Shown here: piece by piece, positions 1 through 9,831 of the stretch
Position numbering within the stretch: the stretch's first letter is position 1
Layout: every line of letters begins with the position of its first letter
Origin: Obesumbacterium proteus
Lineage (GTDB): Bacteria > Pseudomonadota > Gammaproteobacteria > Enterobacterales > Enterobacteriaceae
Assembly: GCF_001586165.1 (NCBI RefSeq)
Contig: NZ_CP014608.1
Coordinates: 1,285,805-1,309,804, forward strand
Reading direction: 5' to 3'
Length of the DNA stretch: 24,000 nt
Notes under the pieces: generated by a model
The model's database searches: none
Told to the model about the DNA's origin: nothing
The model's input: only the letters and a program-made list of their open reading frames with translations
Position numbers and translations under genes: made by a program

Positions 1-2
1 TG

Positions 3-65
3 GAAAGTGCCGATCAGGCATTGCGCGACGGTGCCCGCTATTTTTGCGAGCAGCTTGAAGTATGA
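3..65 (+). CDS. 3' end of an unidentified CDS (partial; continues upstream of the window)
   Basis: Frame 3 is open from the window edge (ESADQALRDGARYFCEQLEV) to TGA at 63-65. A hairpin terminator follows about 20 nt later. The fragment is too short to identify. Confidence 0.25.
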   Translation, partial: ESADQALRDGARYFCEQLEV

Positions 66-80
66 CGAATATAGGCAAAT

Positions 81-120
81 AAAAGGCGGGCAGTCGGTTA
101 GATTGCCCGCCAGTATTTTT
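81..120. terminator. Bidirectional rho-independent terminator between convergent genes
   Basis: GGCGGGCA (85-92) pairs with TGCCCGCC (104-111) around an 11-nt loop. AAAA (81-84) before and TATTTTT (114-120) after give a U-run on either strand. It abuts the yaaU stop codon (119-121). Confidence 0.6.
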
Positions 121-1435
121 AATACAGATCCATCTGGCTGGTTTTATCCAGTGATAAATTGCGTGTTTCGGGCGCTAAAAATACGGATACGACCATGCCA
201 AAAAGCGAGATCCCCGCACCGGCCAGCATCGTCATCGCGATCCCATGCTGTTGCATAAACAGCGGTAGCGCATAGGTTGACACCACGGTGCCGATCCGGC
301 TGAGCGATATCGCTGCGCCCACGGCGGAAGCACGAATGTGAGTGGGAAAAAGCTCGTTTGGATAGAGCCATTGCAAAATGCCGGGGCCGCCTGAGAAAAA
401 TGCATAAAGCGCAAAGGCTGACACAATCAGCGTAATGCTAGGATCTGGAACAATTCCTAATACCGCTAACGCGAGCGTCATAATGGCAAAGCTGCCAATT
501 AACAACGGACGGCGTCCGATACTGTTGAGCCAATACATCGCAGGCAAGCAGCCAATCAGGAAGAACAGGCTAATCACCACGTTGCCGAGTACGGCCTCTT
601 TACCTTCGTTGAGCCCCAGCAGACTGATAATTTGCGGGCCGAAGGTATAAATGCCAAACATCGGTATTACCTGACACGTCCAAATAATGGCGACAAACAA
701 AATCGATGTTAGGTGCCTGCGGGTGAAAATCTGGCTATAACGCGTCTCCTGTGGGGCTTCGTCATCGAATACCACGTTTTCGCCAAACAGCTTAAACATC
801 AGCGCACGGCACTCTTCAATACGCCCTTTGCGAATCAGCCAGCGAGGCGATTCGGGCAGTTCAAAACGTCCTAATAGAATGATAATACAAGGAATAACCG
901 CGCTGCCCAACATCCAGCGCCAGCCGTTTTCGACGTCATATAACAGATAGCCCACAACGTCGGCGGCGGTTGCACCGATGTACCACATCGCGGCGATAAA
1001 ACCCATGGTGAAAGCGCGCTGACGCGTGGTAGAAAATTCGGCAATCATCGAGGTAGCGATGGGGTAATCTGCGCCGATCACAATGCCTATCAGAAAACGC
1101 AGGATCACCAGCTCCAGCGGCGATGTCACAAACATGGTCGCGGCCGAGATAACGCCGATGGCAATAATATCAATCAGAAACATCAACCGGCGACCAAGCA
1201 CATCGGCGATGTAACCAAACAGTGACGTGCCAATAAACAGCCCAACCAGCGTTGCGATCCCGACTAACCCCACCCAGCGAGCGTCGAGCTGTAACACAGG
1301 AGTCAGCTGTTCGAGTGCAATACCGATGATGACCAGCACGTAGCCATCGAGAAAAGGGCCACCGCTTCCCCACAGCATGATTTTGCGGTGGATCGGGGTA
1401 AAACTGATGTCATCAAACCTTTTGGATTTTTCCAT
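119..1435 (-). CDS. yaaU: MFS transporter, YaaU-like (sugar-porter type, 12 TM)
   Basis: 438-aa ORF collinear with E. coli YaaU as I recall it (FDD..F..IHR.ILLWGSGGPFLDGYVLV, GRR.MFLIDIIAIGVIS, ELPESPRWL, PETR). It also holds the K-12 position directly downstream of fixX. Confidence 0.9.
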   Translation of the reverse strand: MEKSKRFDDISFTPIHRKIMLWGSGGPFLDGYVLVIIGIALEQLTPVLQLDARWVGLVGIATLVGLFIGTSLFGYIADVLGRRLMFLIDIIAIGVISAATMFVTSPLELVILRFLIGIVIGADYPIATSMIAEFSTTRQRAFTMGFIAAMWYIGATAADVVGYLLYDVENGWRWMLGSAVIPCIIILLGRFELPESPRWLIRKGRIEECRALMFKLFGENVVFDDEAPQETRYSQIFTRRHLTSILFVAIIWTCQVIPMFGIYTFGPQIISLLGLNEGKEAVLGNVVISLFFLIGCLPAMYWLNSIGRRPLLIGSFAIMTLALAVLGIVPDPSITLIVSAFALYAFFSGGPGILQWLYPNELFPTHIRASAVGAAISLSRIGTVVSTYALPLFMQQHGIAMTMLAGAGISLFGMVVSVFLAPETRNLSLDKTSQMDLY

Positions 1436-1464
1436 AATGATGGTTTTAATCAGCCTGATAGCTG

Positions 1465-1494
1465 CTTAGCTCTGACATGTATCGCAGAGCTAAG
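1465..1494 (-). other. Intercistronic hairpin between fixX and yaaU
   Basis: CTTAGCTCTG (1465-1474) is the perfect reverse complement of CAGAGCTAAG (1485-1494), with a 10-nt loop. No U-run follows on the minus-strand transcript, so it looks like a processing or stability hairpin rather than a terminator. Confidence 0.4.
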
Positions 1495-1547
1495 TGGCTA
1501 TAGTGGGTAAAAAAAGTGACAGAGACGGGCAGGCCAGAATATCGGTT

Positions 1548-1868
1548 TTAACCGTAGCGATATTCAACGCCAAAGGTGCCACGCGGGTAGTTCCACTCAT
1601 CTAAAACGGAATCGCGGCACAGGATCCGGCAGGTGCCGCATTCTAAACAGCCCGCGTAGTCAAAGCGGATCGTTCCATCAGGCTGAAGCTTGTATAGCCC
1701 CGCCGGACAGGCCAGCGTGAGGGTATGAAACGCCTCCATATCAGGGTGTTCGCGAATGATGATATGCGGATGCCCTTCATCAACGTGAAACTTGTTGATG
1801 CCTAATTTAACATCAACGTTAACGGGCTCATTGACGGGGGAATTGGCGGATTTGACGGATTCAGTCAT
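1548..1868 (-). CDS. fixX: Ferredoxin-like protein FixX
   Basis: 106 aa. It matches E. coli FixX (SPVNVDVKLG.NKF.VDE.HPHI, ACPAGLYK, RFDYAGCLECGTCRIL, YPRGTFGVE.RYG) with a short N-terminal insertion. ATGA overlap with the fixC stop. Confidence 0.93.
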   Translation of the reverse strand: MTESVKSANSPVNEPVNVDVKLGINKFHVDEGHPHIIIREHPDMEAFHTLTLACPAGLYKLQPDGTIRFDYAGCLECGTCRILCRDSVLDEWNYPRGTFGVEYRYG

Positions 1869-3157
1869 AGCGCGGTCACTCCTTTAATGCCGTCTTTCAA
1901 CAGGTTCAGATAGCCAATTTTCTTGCAATGACGCATCACCATTTTGCGGATTGGCTGCGGCGGCTGGCCGTTGACGGTAAACATATCCGCCATGATGTCG
2001 GCGACCATTTGTGGGTATTGGGTAAACATGCGCGGGTTTTCCAGCATGGCAGGGACTTTACGGTAGTGGCGTAAATCCTTCATCACCGGTAATTCTTCTA
2101 GCAGCGTGAGATAACTATTCAACCCCTGCTCGCTAAAGTTATTGGCTTCTTTGGCTTGCAGTACGGCGCGTGCGGCCGCTTCACCAGAGGCGATGGCCAT
2201 ATCCATTCCACGAATGGTGAATCCCAGATTCATACACATGCCTGCGGCGTCACCGGCGATAAGTACGCCGTTACCCACCAGTTTGGGCTGCATATTAATG
2301 CCAGCTTCAGGTACTACGTGGGCGGCGTATTCTACGGTTTTGCCACCGGCGATTAATGGGCGAACGGTTGGATGCTGTTTGAAATCTTCCAGCATTTGCG
2401 GCACCGATTTTCCCGCATCGGCAATATGACTGAGGCCAACGACGATGCCTAAAGACAATGAATCACCGTTGGTATACAGAAAGCCACCGCCCATCAGACC
2501 GTTAGACGGCGTTCCGGCAAACAGCCATGCAGCACCTTCGTTCTCGGTTAGGCTAAAGCGCGCTTCGAGCAGTTCACGAGGCAGTTCAATCAGCTCTTTC
2601 ACCCCAACGGCCACATGCTTGGCAGAAACCTGTTTCTGCACCATACCCAGCTGTTCGGCCAACAGCGCGTTAACGCCTTCGGCGAGGATCACCACGTTGG
2701 CTTCTAAAATATCGCCATCGGCTTCAACGCCGATCACTTTGCCATCGCGCTCAATCAGCTTATCTACGCGGATCCCTGGAACGAATTGCGCACCGGCGGC
2801 TTCAGCCTGTTCCATCAACCAAGGATCGAATTTACTGCGCAAAACTGAATAGGAATCCTGCGCCGGTTCGGCCGCATTGGCGTGGTGGTAATCCAACGTG
2901 ACCGCGCTGTCGTCGGTAAGAAATGATATTTTTTCGCGGGTAATGCGGCGCTCAACGGGAGCATGGGCAGCAAAATCGGGAATGATGCGTTCTAAGCTGT
3001 GCCCATACAGGCGACCACCGGTGACGTTTTTGGCTCCCGCATGATTACCGCGCTCGATAACCAATACGTTAGCGCCTTCTCGGGCGAGCACCAGCGCCGC
3101 AACGCAGCCAGACAGGCCAGCGCCAACAATAATGGCGTCAAAGACATCTTCAGACAT
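1865..3157 (-). CDS. fixC: FAD-dependent oxidoreductase FixC (ETF-quinone oxidoreductase-like)
   Basis: 430 aa with the N-terminal dinucleotide fold FDAIIVGAGLSGCVAALVLAREG. GGAGAG RBS upstream. The fixA-B-C-X gene order is conserved. Confidence 0.95.
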   Translation of the reverse strand: MSEDVFDAIIVGAGLSGCVAALVLAREGANVLVIERGNHAGAKNVTGGRLYGHSLERIIPDFAAHAPVERRITREKISFLTDDSAVTLDYHHANAAEPAQDSYSVLRSKFDPWLMEQAEAAGAQFVPGIRVDKLIERDGKVIGVEADGDILEANVVILAEGVNALLAEQLGMVQKQVSAKHVAVGVKELIELPRELLEARFSLTENEGAAWLFAGTPSNGLMGGGFLYTNGDSLSLGIVVGLSHIADAGKSVPQMLEDFKQHPTVRPLIAGGKTVEYAAHVVPEAGINMQPKLVGNGVLIAGDAAGMCMNLGFTIRGMDMAIASGEAAARAVLQAKEANNFSEQGLNSYLTLLEELPVMKDLRHYRKVPAMLENPRMFTQYPQMVADIMADMFTVNGQPPQPIRKMVMRHCKKIGYLNLLKDGIKGVTAL

Positions 3158-3170
3158 AGGCTCTCCAAAT

Positions 3171-3213
3171 TCGATGGAGCACGGAAGCCATACGCTAATC
3201 CGTGCTCCGTCGA
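3171..3213 (-). other. Intercistronic hairpin between fixB and fixC
   Basis: GGAGCACGG (3176-3184) pairs with CCGTGCTCC (3200-3208) around a 15-nt loop. The stem is extended by TCGA (3171-3174) and TCGA (3210-3213) across one mismatch on each side. Confidence 0.4.
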
Positions 3214-3217
3214 TATT

Positions 3218-4165
3218 TTATCGTTTTAGTTTTTCTGTCAGAGCAGGGACGATCTTCATCAGATCGCCGACGATCCCGTAATCCGCGAATTGGAAGATCG
3301 GGGCGTTTTTATCTTTGTTGATGGCCATCAGGATCTGCGCGCCGTTGGCGCCGACCATGTGCTGAATCTGGCCAGAAATTCCCAGCGCCAGATAGAGTTC
3401 TGGTTTGATCATGATCCCCGAAATGCCCACATAGCGTTCACGATCCATCCATTTTTCGTTTTCGGCGACCGGACGCGAGCATCCCAGCTCTGCGCCAATG
3501 GCATTGCTTAACGCCGCCGCAATGGCGATGTTTTCCTGTGAACCGATGCCGCGCCCAACGCTCACCACCAAACGTGCTTTGCCCAGATCGACGCTTTCGC
3601 CTTGCTTGGCTCGACGTGATACGCAGGAAATCGCATGGGCTGGTGGGATAAAGGCCAGCGTTTCAGCATTGCCTACTAAGGCACTGTCTTCTGACACGGC
3701 AGGGAATACGCCGCTGGCCAGCGTGATAACGGCGTAGTCGGTGGTGATTTTCTCTTTGCCGAAGGCTAAACCGCCGTAAACCATATGTGTGGCAACTGGG
3801 TATCCGTCTTCGAGGCTCAACTCAGCGGCATCGTTAACTACGCCAGCGTTGAGGCGAGCGCCTAAGCGTGCTGCCAAAGTTTTGCCGCGACGGGTTGCGG
3901 GCAGCAGCAATAAAGCGCGAGAGCTATGGCTATGCGCCTTGATCGCCTGAGCCAGAGTATCGGCATAATCTTCAATGATACGGTCGGCGGGCTGTTCGCC
4001 AATATGGTAAACGGCGTTAGCGCCGAGACGGAAAGCCAAAGCTGATTGCTCAGCGCTGTGGCTGATGACGTGAATAATTTCGCCCAGCTCGCGTGCGCCG
4101 CCAATCAGCTCGGGTAGATGTGAGTGGGTATCGCTGAACACCCATACTGTTGCAAACTTGCTCAT
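3218..4165 (-). CDS. fixB: Electron transfer flavoprotein alpha subunit FixB
   Basis: 315 aa with ETF-alpha C-terminal FAD-binding motifs ([33 protein letters not shown]). GGGGG RBS. Follows fixA by 11 nt. Confidence 0.95.
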   Translation of the reverse strand: MSKFATVWVFSDTHSHLPELIGGARELGEIIHVISHSAEQSALAFRLGANAVYHIGEQPADRIIEDYADTLAQAIKAHSHSSRALLLLPATRRGKTLAARLGARLNAGVVNDAAELSLEDGYPVATHMVYGGLAFGKEKITTDYAVITLASGVFPAVSEDSALVGNAETLAFIPPAHAISCVSRRAKQGESVDLGKARLVVSVGRGIGSQENIAIAAALSNAIGAELGCSRPVAENEKWMDRERYVGISGIMIKPELYLALGISGQIQHMVGANGAQILMAINKDKNAPIFQFADYGIVGDLMKIVPALTEKLKR

Positions 4166-4176
4166 ATTGCCCCCAA

Positions 4177-4950
4177 TTAGCTAATGACTTTGCGCAGATG
4201 CTCTGCGAATTCTGAAATTTGATCGTCGCTATCGCCTTCGATAATGACCCGCCCACGCGCTTTTTGCTGTGGAGCCTGTACGCTCAGCAACTCGGTGTAT
4301 GGCGTGATCTCAGGCAGTTCCAGATCGGCAGGCTGCCACGCGGTTACCGGCTTTTTAGCCGCGCCGAGAATGGCTTTCATGGAGGGGATTTGAGGCGTAT
4401 TGATATCAGTGGATACCGAAATCACCGCAGGTAGCGGGATGGTTAAGGTTTCAACTTCGTCTTCTAGCGTGCGTTCAACCTGAATGCTGTCGTCACTGAG
4501 GGCCTCGATCCGGCTCACTCCGTTGATGGATGCGACGCCCAGCGCCTCGCCGAGCAGCAGGCCAACCTGCTGTGCATAAAGATCGGCTGAGCCGTCACCA
4601 CAAAGAATTAAATCAAAACCGGTTTTCCGCGCAGCGGCCGCCAGCAGGGCAGACGTTTGGTGAGGAAGCATCTTCTCCAAACCTGCGCTGGAAACGACAA
4701 CTAACTCATCAGGGCCGCGAGACAGCACGTCTTTACGGCCTTTTGCGTTGGACAGCGCTTCGCCACCCACGCTCATCGCCGTAATCTGGATAGCGTCATT
4801 GAGCGATTTCAAGCCGATAGCTGCTTCGATAGCGTTGAGATCGAATTGACTAATTTTGGCATCCGCTTTGCTGAGATTCAGAGAGCCATCACTATTGACG
4901 GTGATATCCTGCTCCTCGGGGATGAGTTTGTAACATGCAATAATTTTCAT
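4177..4950 (-). CDS. fixA: Electron transfer flavoprotein beta subunit FixA
   Basis: The ORF track starts at 4974, but E. coli FixA aligns from MKII.CYK. That ATG is at 4950-4948 and is preceded by a GGAGAA RBS. The 8 upstream codons are therefore dropped. Confidence 0.92.
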   Translation of the reverse strand: MKIIACYKLIPEEQDITVNSDGSLNLSKADAKISQFDLNAIEAAIGLKSLNDAIQITAMSVGGEALSNAKGRKDVLSRGPDELVVVSSAGLEKMLPHQTSALLAAAARKTGFDLILCGDGSADLYAQQVGLLLGEALGVASINGVSRIEALSDDSIQVERTLEDEVETLTIPLPAVISVSTDINTPQIPSMKAILGAAKKPVTAWQPADLELPEITPYTELLSVQAPQQKARGRVIIEGDSDDQISEFAEHLRKVIS

Positions 4951-5140
4951 CACTTCTCCGATTTCGATAGGCAATACAATATCCGTAACACCCTGTACAT
5001 AAGACGATGCCCGTAATGACAGGTGTAATTATTTCTGCAGCGAGAAACGCTAGGCAAAGATAAATAAAAATAACGAAAGCGAAGGTTCGCTATATATATA
5101 AATGTGTGCACGCCATAGCTGATTTAAACGCTATTAGTGG

Positions 5141-5156
5141 TGTAATTAAAATCACT
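5141..5156. promoter_or_regulatory. CRP-like site (TGTAA-N6-TCACT)
   Basis: TGTAATTAAAATCACT matches 8 of the 10 conserved positions of TGTGA-N6-TCACA. Sequence match only. Confidence 0.3.
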
Positions 5157-5416
5157 AAAATAAAGAATGGAGTAAATTAATTAATATCTAATAAAGGTAT
5201 CCCTGTAAGTTGTTATTCGTGCCTTGTTATCACGCTAATAGAAATACCATGATTCACCAGACCAAAATAATACCTAGATCACCAATATTGAACGACTCAA
5301 GGGCAAAAAACCTTCGAGAATAATGTTTTAATTTTGTTATTTTGATGATTTTAAAGGATTTAATTTTCGTTGTTGGATCGTGGTTCTAAGGCGTGCAGTG
5401 GGTGTCAGAAAATAGT

Positions 5417-5430
5417 TTGATTAAGATCAC
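5417..5430. promoter_or_regulatory. FNR/CRP-like site (TTGAT-N4-ATCAC)
   Basis: TTGATTAAGATCAC matches 9 of the 10 conserved positions of the FNR consensus TTGAT-N4-ATCAA. Anaerobic induction of cai/fix is established in E. coli. Confidence 0.35.
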
Positions 5431-5711
5431 GGATTATTGAACCACCAAATCTCATTATATCTCGGCGTTAAACGGTAAAGGCGACACACATTCAATCAGA
5501 TACCTTTAACTATTATTAGCCGAAGTTTTAACAGATATTTTTTGCAAGCTAAATAACTCGTAATAACTAGATCCACCATTAATTGAAAATTTACCTGCAA
5601 AATTAGTGTTGGTGTTCTGCTTTTTCATAGCAGAAGTTCTGACGTTTATTCTGAATATTGCATCTCAAGTTGTTATGGCAAGGAACTCCTTTCCATGAGG
5701 GAAATGTGTAA

Positions 5712-7235
5712 ATGAAGACAGAAACGAGCAAACGGAAAATAGGGATAGAACCGAAGGTTTTTTTCCCGTCATTGATAATTGTCGCACTACTTTGTTATTT
5801 AACTATCCGTGATCTGAACGCCTCTAATATCGTTATTAATTCGGTATTCAACTACATCACAACGCAGTGGGGATGGGCGTTTGAGTGGTACATGGTCGTG
5901 ATGTTTGTCGGCTGGTTCTGGCTGATCTTTGGCCCTTTTGCCCAGCGTCGCCTCGGCGAAGAAGCCCCAGAGTTCAGCACCGTCAGCTGGATCTTCATGA
6001 TGTTCGCCTCCTGTACCTCAGCCGCCGTGCTGTTTTGGGGATCGATTGAGATCTACTACTACGTTTCCTCACCGCCGTTTGGCTTAACGCCATTTTCAAA
6101 CCCAGCCAAAGATCTTGGTTTAGCTTATAGCCTGTTTCACTGGGGGCCTTTGCCGTGGGCGACCTACAGCTTCCTCGCCGTGGCATTCGGCTACTTCCTA
6201 TATGTGAAGAAAATCGACGTGGTGCGTCCAAGCGGAACGCTGGTGCCGCTTTTTGGTGAAAAGCGCTGCAACGGAATTATTGGCACCATCATCGACAACC
6301 TGTATTTGGTGGCGCTGATTTTGGCGATGGGAACCAGCCTTGGGCTAGCAACACCGCTGGTGACTGAATGTATTCAGTATCTGTTCGGGGTGCCTCACAC
6401 GTTAGAGCTGGATGCGCTGATTATCTCTTGTTGGGTAGTGTTTAACGCCGTGTGCGTTGCCTTTGGCTTGCAGCGCGGAGTTAAGGTTGCCAGCGACGTT
6501 CGAAACTATCTCAGCCTGATCCTGCTAGCGTGGGTATTTATCATCGGCGCGAGCAGCTTCACCATCAACTATTTCACTGATTCTGTTGGCATTCTGCTCT
6601 CTAACTTCACCCGTATGCTGTTCTACACCGATGCCGTCGGCAAGAGTGGATTCCCGCAGGCGTGGACGGTGTTCTATTGGGCATGGTGGATCGTTTACGG
6701 CATCCAGATGTGCATCTTCTTAGCGCGTATTTCTAAAGGCCGCACCGTTCGCCAACTCTGCTTGGGTATGGTTGGTGGATTAACGGCTTCAACGTGGTTG
6801 CTGTGGACCATCTTGGGCAGCAATACGCTTTCCCTGATCAACAACGGCAAAATCAACATCCCGCAGATCATCGAACAGCACGGTGTGGCGCGCGCCATCA
6901 TTGAAACCTGGGCCACGTTGCCGCTCAGCACCGTCACGATGTGGGCGTTCTTTATTCTGTGCTTCCTCGCCACCGTAACGCTCATTAACGCCTGTTCCTA
7001 CACGCTGGCCATGTCGACCTGTAAGGGCGCAAACGGCTATGACGAACCGCCGATTTGGGTTCGCGTTGGCTGGTCTGTGCTGGTTGGCGTGATCGGCATC
7101 ATTCTGCTGGCGCTCGGTGGGCTGAAACCGATTCAAACCGCGATCATTGCCGGAGGATGTCCACTTTTCTTCGTCAACATACTGATAACCATATCTTTCT
7201 TAAAAGATGCCAAGGCTACGCACTGGAAATACTAA
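5712..7235 (+). CDS. caiT: L-carnitine/gamma-butyrobetaine antiporter CaiT (BCCT family)
   Basis: 507 aa, collinear with E. coli CaiT ([59 protein letters not shown]). GAGGGA RBS 9 nt upstream. Confidence 0.95.
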   Translation: MKTETSKRKIGIEPKVFFPSLIIVALLCYLTIRDLNASNIVINSVFNYITTQWGWAFEWYMVVMFVGWFWLIFGPFAQRRLGEEAPEFSTVSWIFMMFASCTSAAVLFWGSIEIYYYVSSPPFGLTPFSNPAKDLGLAYSLFHWGPLPWATYSFLAVAFGYFLYVKKIDVVRPSGTLVPLFGEKRCNGIIGTIIDNLYLVALILAMGTSLGLATPLVTECIQYLFGVPHTLELDALIISCWVVFNAVCVAFGLQRGVKVASDVRNYLSLILLAWVFIIGASSFTINYFTDSVGILLSNFTRMLFYTDAVGKSGFPQAWTVFYWAWWIVYGIQMCIFLARISKGRTVRQLCLGMVGGLTASTWLLWTILGSNTLSLINNGKINIPQIIEQHGVARAIIETWATLPLSTVTMWAFFILCFLATVTLINACSYTLAMSTCKGANGYDEPPIWVRVGWSVLVGVIGIILLALGGLKPIQTAIIAGGCPLFFVNILITISFLKDAKATHWKY

Positions 7236-7288
7236 GCGTTTTACCCTGTTTGAATTCGAACGATATTAACCACCAAGAGGCCTGATTT

Positions 7289-8431
7289 ATGAATTTTGCA
7301 CTGTCTGACGAACAAGAGTTATTTGTTTCCGGTATCCGCGACCTGATGGCGCAAGAAAACTGGGAAGCGTACTTCGCGGAATGTGACCGCAATAGCGAAT
7401 ATCCAGAACGGTTCGTCAAAGAACTGGCCGATATGGGGATCGATAGCCTGCTGTTGCCGGAAGAGCACGGCGGTCTGGATGCGGGCTTTGTCACCTTAGC
7501 CGCAGTGTGGGCCGAGCTTGGACGCCTTGGTGCGCCAACCTATGTGCTGTATCAGCTGCCGGGTGGATTTAACACGGTGCTGCGTGAAGGAACGGAGGAG
7601 CAAATCGATAAGATCATGGCTTTCCGCGGCACCGGCAAGCAGATGTGGAACTCGGCAATTACCGAACCTGGCGCGGGCTCTGACGTGGGCAGCATGCAAA
7701 CGTCGTATACCCGTAAAAACGGCAAAGTTTACCTCAACGGCAGCAAATGCTTCATCACCAGCAGCGCGCATACGCCTTACATCGTGGTAATGGCGCGTGA
7801 TGCGGCTTCACCAGATAAAGCAATTTTCTCCGAATGGTTTGTGGATATGAGCAAACCGGGCGTGAAGGTCAACAAGCTGGAAAAACTGGGCCTGCGCATG
7901 GATAGCTGCTGCGAGATCCTGTTCGACAACGTTGAGCTAGAAGAAAAAGACATGTTCGGACGCGAAGGTAACGGCTTCAATCGCGTGAAAGAAGAGTTCG
8001 ATCACGAACGTTTCATCGTGGCACTCACCAACTACGGCACCGCATTCTGTGCTTTTGAAGACGCCGCACGTTATGCCAACCAGCGCGTTCAGTTTGGCGA
8101 AGCCATTGGGCGCTTCCAGCTGATCCAAGAAAAGTTTGCGCATATGGCTATCAAACTGAATTCAATGAAAAACATGCTGTTTGAAGCAGCATGGAAAAGC
8201 GATAACGGTTTGATGACCTCCGGCGATGCCGCGATGTGCAAATACTTCTGCGCTAACGCCGCTTTTGAAGTGGTGGATTCGGCGATGCAGGTGCTCGGCG
8301 GAGTGGGGATCGCAGGCGATCATCGTATTACCCGCTTCTGGCGCGATCTGCGCGTGGATCGCGTTTCCGGTGGTTCGGATGAAATGCAGATCCTAACGCT
8401 GGGTCGTGCGGTGCTGAAACAGTATCGGTAA
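7289..8431 (+). CDS. caiA: Crotonobetainyl-CoA dehydrogenase/reductase CaiA (acyl-CoA dehydrogenase family)
   Basis: 380 aa with an acyl-CoA dehydrogenase fold ([16 protein letters not shown]-terminal [13 protein letters not shown]). AAGAGG RBS. Position after caiT. Confidence 0.95.
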   Translation: MNFALSDEQELFVSGIRDLMAQENWEAYFAECDRNSEYPERFVKELADMGIDSLLLPEEHGGLDAGFVTLAAVWAELGRLGAPTYVLYQLPGGFNTVLREGTEEQIDKIMAFRGTGKQMWNSAITEPGAGSDVGSMQTSYTRKNGKVYLNGSKCFITSSAHTPYIVVMARDAASPDKAIFSEWFVDMSKPGVKVNKLEKLGLRMDSCCEILFDNVELEEKDMFGREGNGFNRVKEEFDHERFIVALTNYGTAFCAFEDAARYANQRVQFGEAIGRFQLIQEKFAHMAIKLNSMKNMLFEAAWKSDNGLMTSGDAAMCKYFCANAAFEVVDSAMQVLGGVGIAGDHRITRFWRDLRVDRVSGGSDEMQILTLGRAVLKQYR

Positions 8432-8463
8432 GCCATTTATTAAAAATAATTTATTGAAAATAA

Positions 8464-8579
8464 AGGGCTAACAGCAAGTTGCGTTTTAACCGAGATACAC
8501 GGGCATAGCGTACCGCGGGGCGCTCTCCCTAATATCGGGCCTAAGTTATCGCTTGATGAGTCGGTTACACGTTAGCCCT
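8464..8579 (+). other. Nested-helix element in the caiA-caiB spacer
   Basis: AGGGCTAAC (8464-8472) is the exact complement of GTTAGCCCT (8571-8579). Nested inside, AACCGA (8488-8493) complements TCGGTT (8561-8566). Confidence 0.35.
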
Positions 8580-8598
8580 AATTTTGAGGAAACAGCTT

Positions 8599-9804
8599 AT
8601 GTCTATGCCAACATTTGGCCCGCTGGCGGGTTTACGCGTGGTCTTTTCAGGAATTGAAATCGCAGGCCCTTTTGCAGGGCAAATGTTTGCCGAGTGGGGC
8701 GCTGAAGTTATCTGGATCGAAAATGTCTCCTACGGCGATACGATCCGCATTCAGCCAAATTATCCGCAGCTTTCACGCCGCAATTTACACGCGCTGTCGC
8801 TGAATATCTTTAAAGACGAAGGGCGTGAAGCTTTCTTAAAGCTGATGGAAACCACCGATATATTTATTGAAGCCAGTAAAGGCCCTGCCTTTGCGCGCCG
8901 TGGTATTAGCGATGAAGTGCTTTGGGAAATAAACCCCAAGCTGATTATTGTGCATCTTTCAGGTTTTGGTCAGTACGGCACGCCGGAATACACCAACTTG
9001 GCGGCTTACAACACCATTGCGCAGGCATTCAGCGGATACCTGATCCAAAACGGTGATAAAGATCAGCCGATGCCGGCATTCCCGTATACCGCCGATTATT
9101 TCTCCGGCCTGACGGCGACCACCTCGGCGCTGGCTGCCTTGTATAAAATGCAGCAAACGGGCGTGGGCGAAAGTATTGATGTGGCGATGTATGAAGTGAT
9201 GCTGCGCATGGGGCAATACTTCATGATGGACTACTTCAACGGCGGCGAAGTATGCCCACGTATGACCAAAGGCAAAGATCCGTACTACGCGGGCTGCGGT
9301 CTGTACAAGTGCCAAGATGGTTACATTGTGATGGAACTGGTTGGCGTTAACCAAATGCAGGGAATGTTTGAGGATATGGGCATTGCGCACCTGCTGGGCA
9401 CGCCTGAAATCCCTGTCGGCACACAGTTAATCCATCGCGTCGAATGCCCATTTGGTGAGCTGGTTGAAGCCAAACTGGATGAATATTTGGCGACGAAGCC
9501 GTATGAAGAGGCGCTGGCGCGCTTTGCTGAACTCAATATTGCCTCAGCGAAAGTCTTGACCATCCCTGAATTAGAAAGCAATCCACAGTATATCGCCCGT
9601 GAATCTCTCACAACGTGGAACACCATCGATGGCCGCACCTACAAAGGGCCAAATGTCATGCCGAAGTTTAAGAATAACCCTGGTCAAATTTGGCGTGGAA
9701 TGCCAACGCACGGCATGGATACCGCGGCCATTCTTGCCAGCATTGGTTATTCTGATGCCGACATTGAGACGCTGGTAGCTAAAGGTTTAGCCAAGGCTGA
9801 TTAG
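8599..9804 (+). CDS. caiB: Gamma-butyrobetainyl-CoA:carnitine CoA-transferase CaiB (type III CoA-transferase)
   Basis: Near-identical blocks to E. coli CaiB ([52 protein letters not shown]). The track ORF starts at TTG 8584. I prefer ATG 8599 because it lies 8 nt after GAGGA (8586-8590). Confidence 0.93.
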   Translation: MSMPTFGPLAGLRVVFSGIEIAGPFAGQMFAEWGAEVIWIENVSYGDTIRIQPNYPQLSRRNLHALSLNIFKDEGREAFLKLMETTDIFIEASKGPAFARRGISDEVLWEINPKLIIVHLSGFGQYGTPEYTNLAAYNTIAQAFSGYLIQNGDKDQPMPAFPYTADYFSGLTATTSALAALYKMQQTGVGESIDVAMYEVMLRMGQYFMMDYFNGGEVCPRMTKGKDPYYAGCGLYKCQDGYIVMELVGVNQMQGMFEDMGIAHLLGTPEIPVGTQLIHRVECPFGELVEAKLDEYLATKPYEEALARFAELNIASAKVLTIPELESNPQYIARESLTTWNTIDGRTYKGPNVMPKFKNNPGQIWRGMPTHGMDTAAILASIGYSDADIETLVAKGLAKAD

Positions 9805-9831
9805 GCACTGTAATTATTTGGGTAGATAGAT

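Larger units (their letters stand above)
4951..5711. promoter_or_regulatory. Divergent fix/cai control region (AT-rich, 761 bp)
   Basis: No ORF of 60 aa or more. Very AT-rich. Lies between divergently transcribed fixA and caiT, as in E. coli, where CRP, FNR and CaiF act on this spacer. Confidence 0.7.

Noticed and set aside
7-650. Plus- and minus-strand ORFs (83, 75, 64 and 71 aa) overlapping the yaaU 3' region
   Set aside because: They are out of frame with, or antisense to, the well-supported yaaU CDS. The same applies to the other shadow ORFs listed inside fixC, fixB, fixA, caiT, caiA, caiB, caiC, caiD, parM, parR, feaR, tynA, feaB and yhiI.
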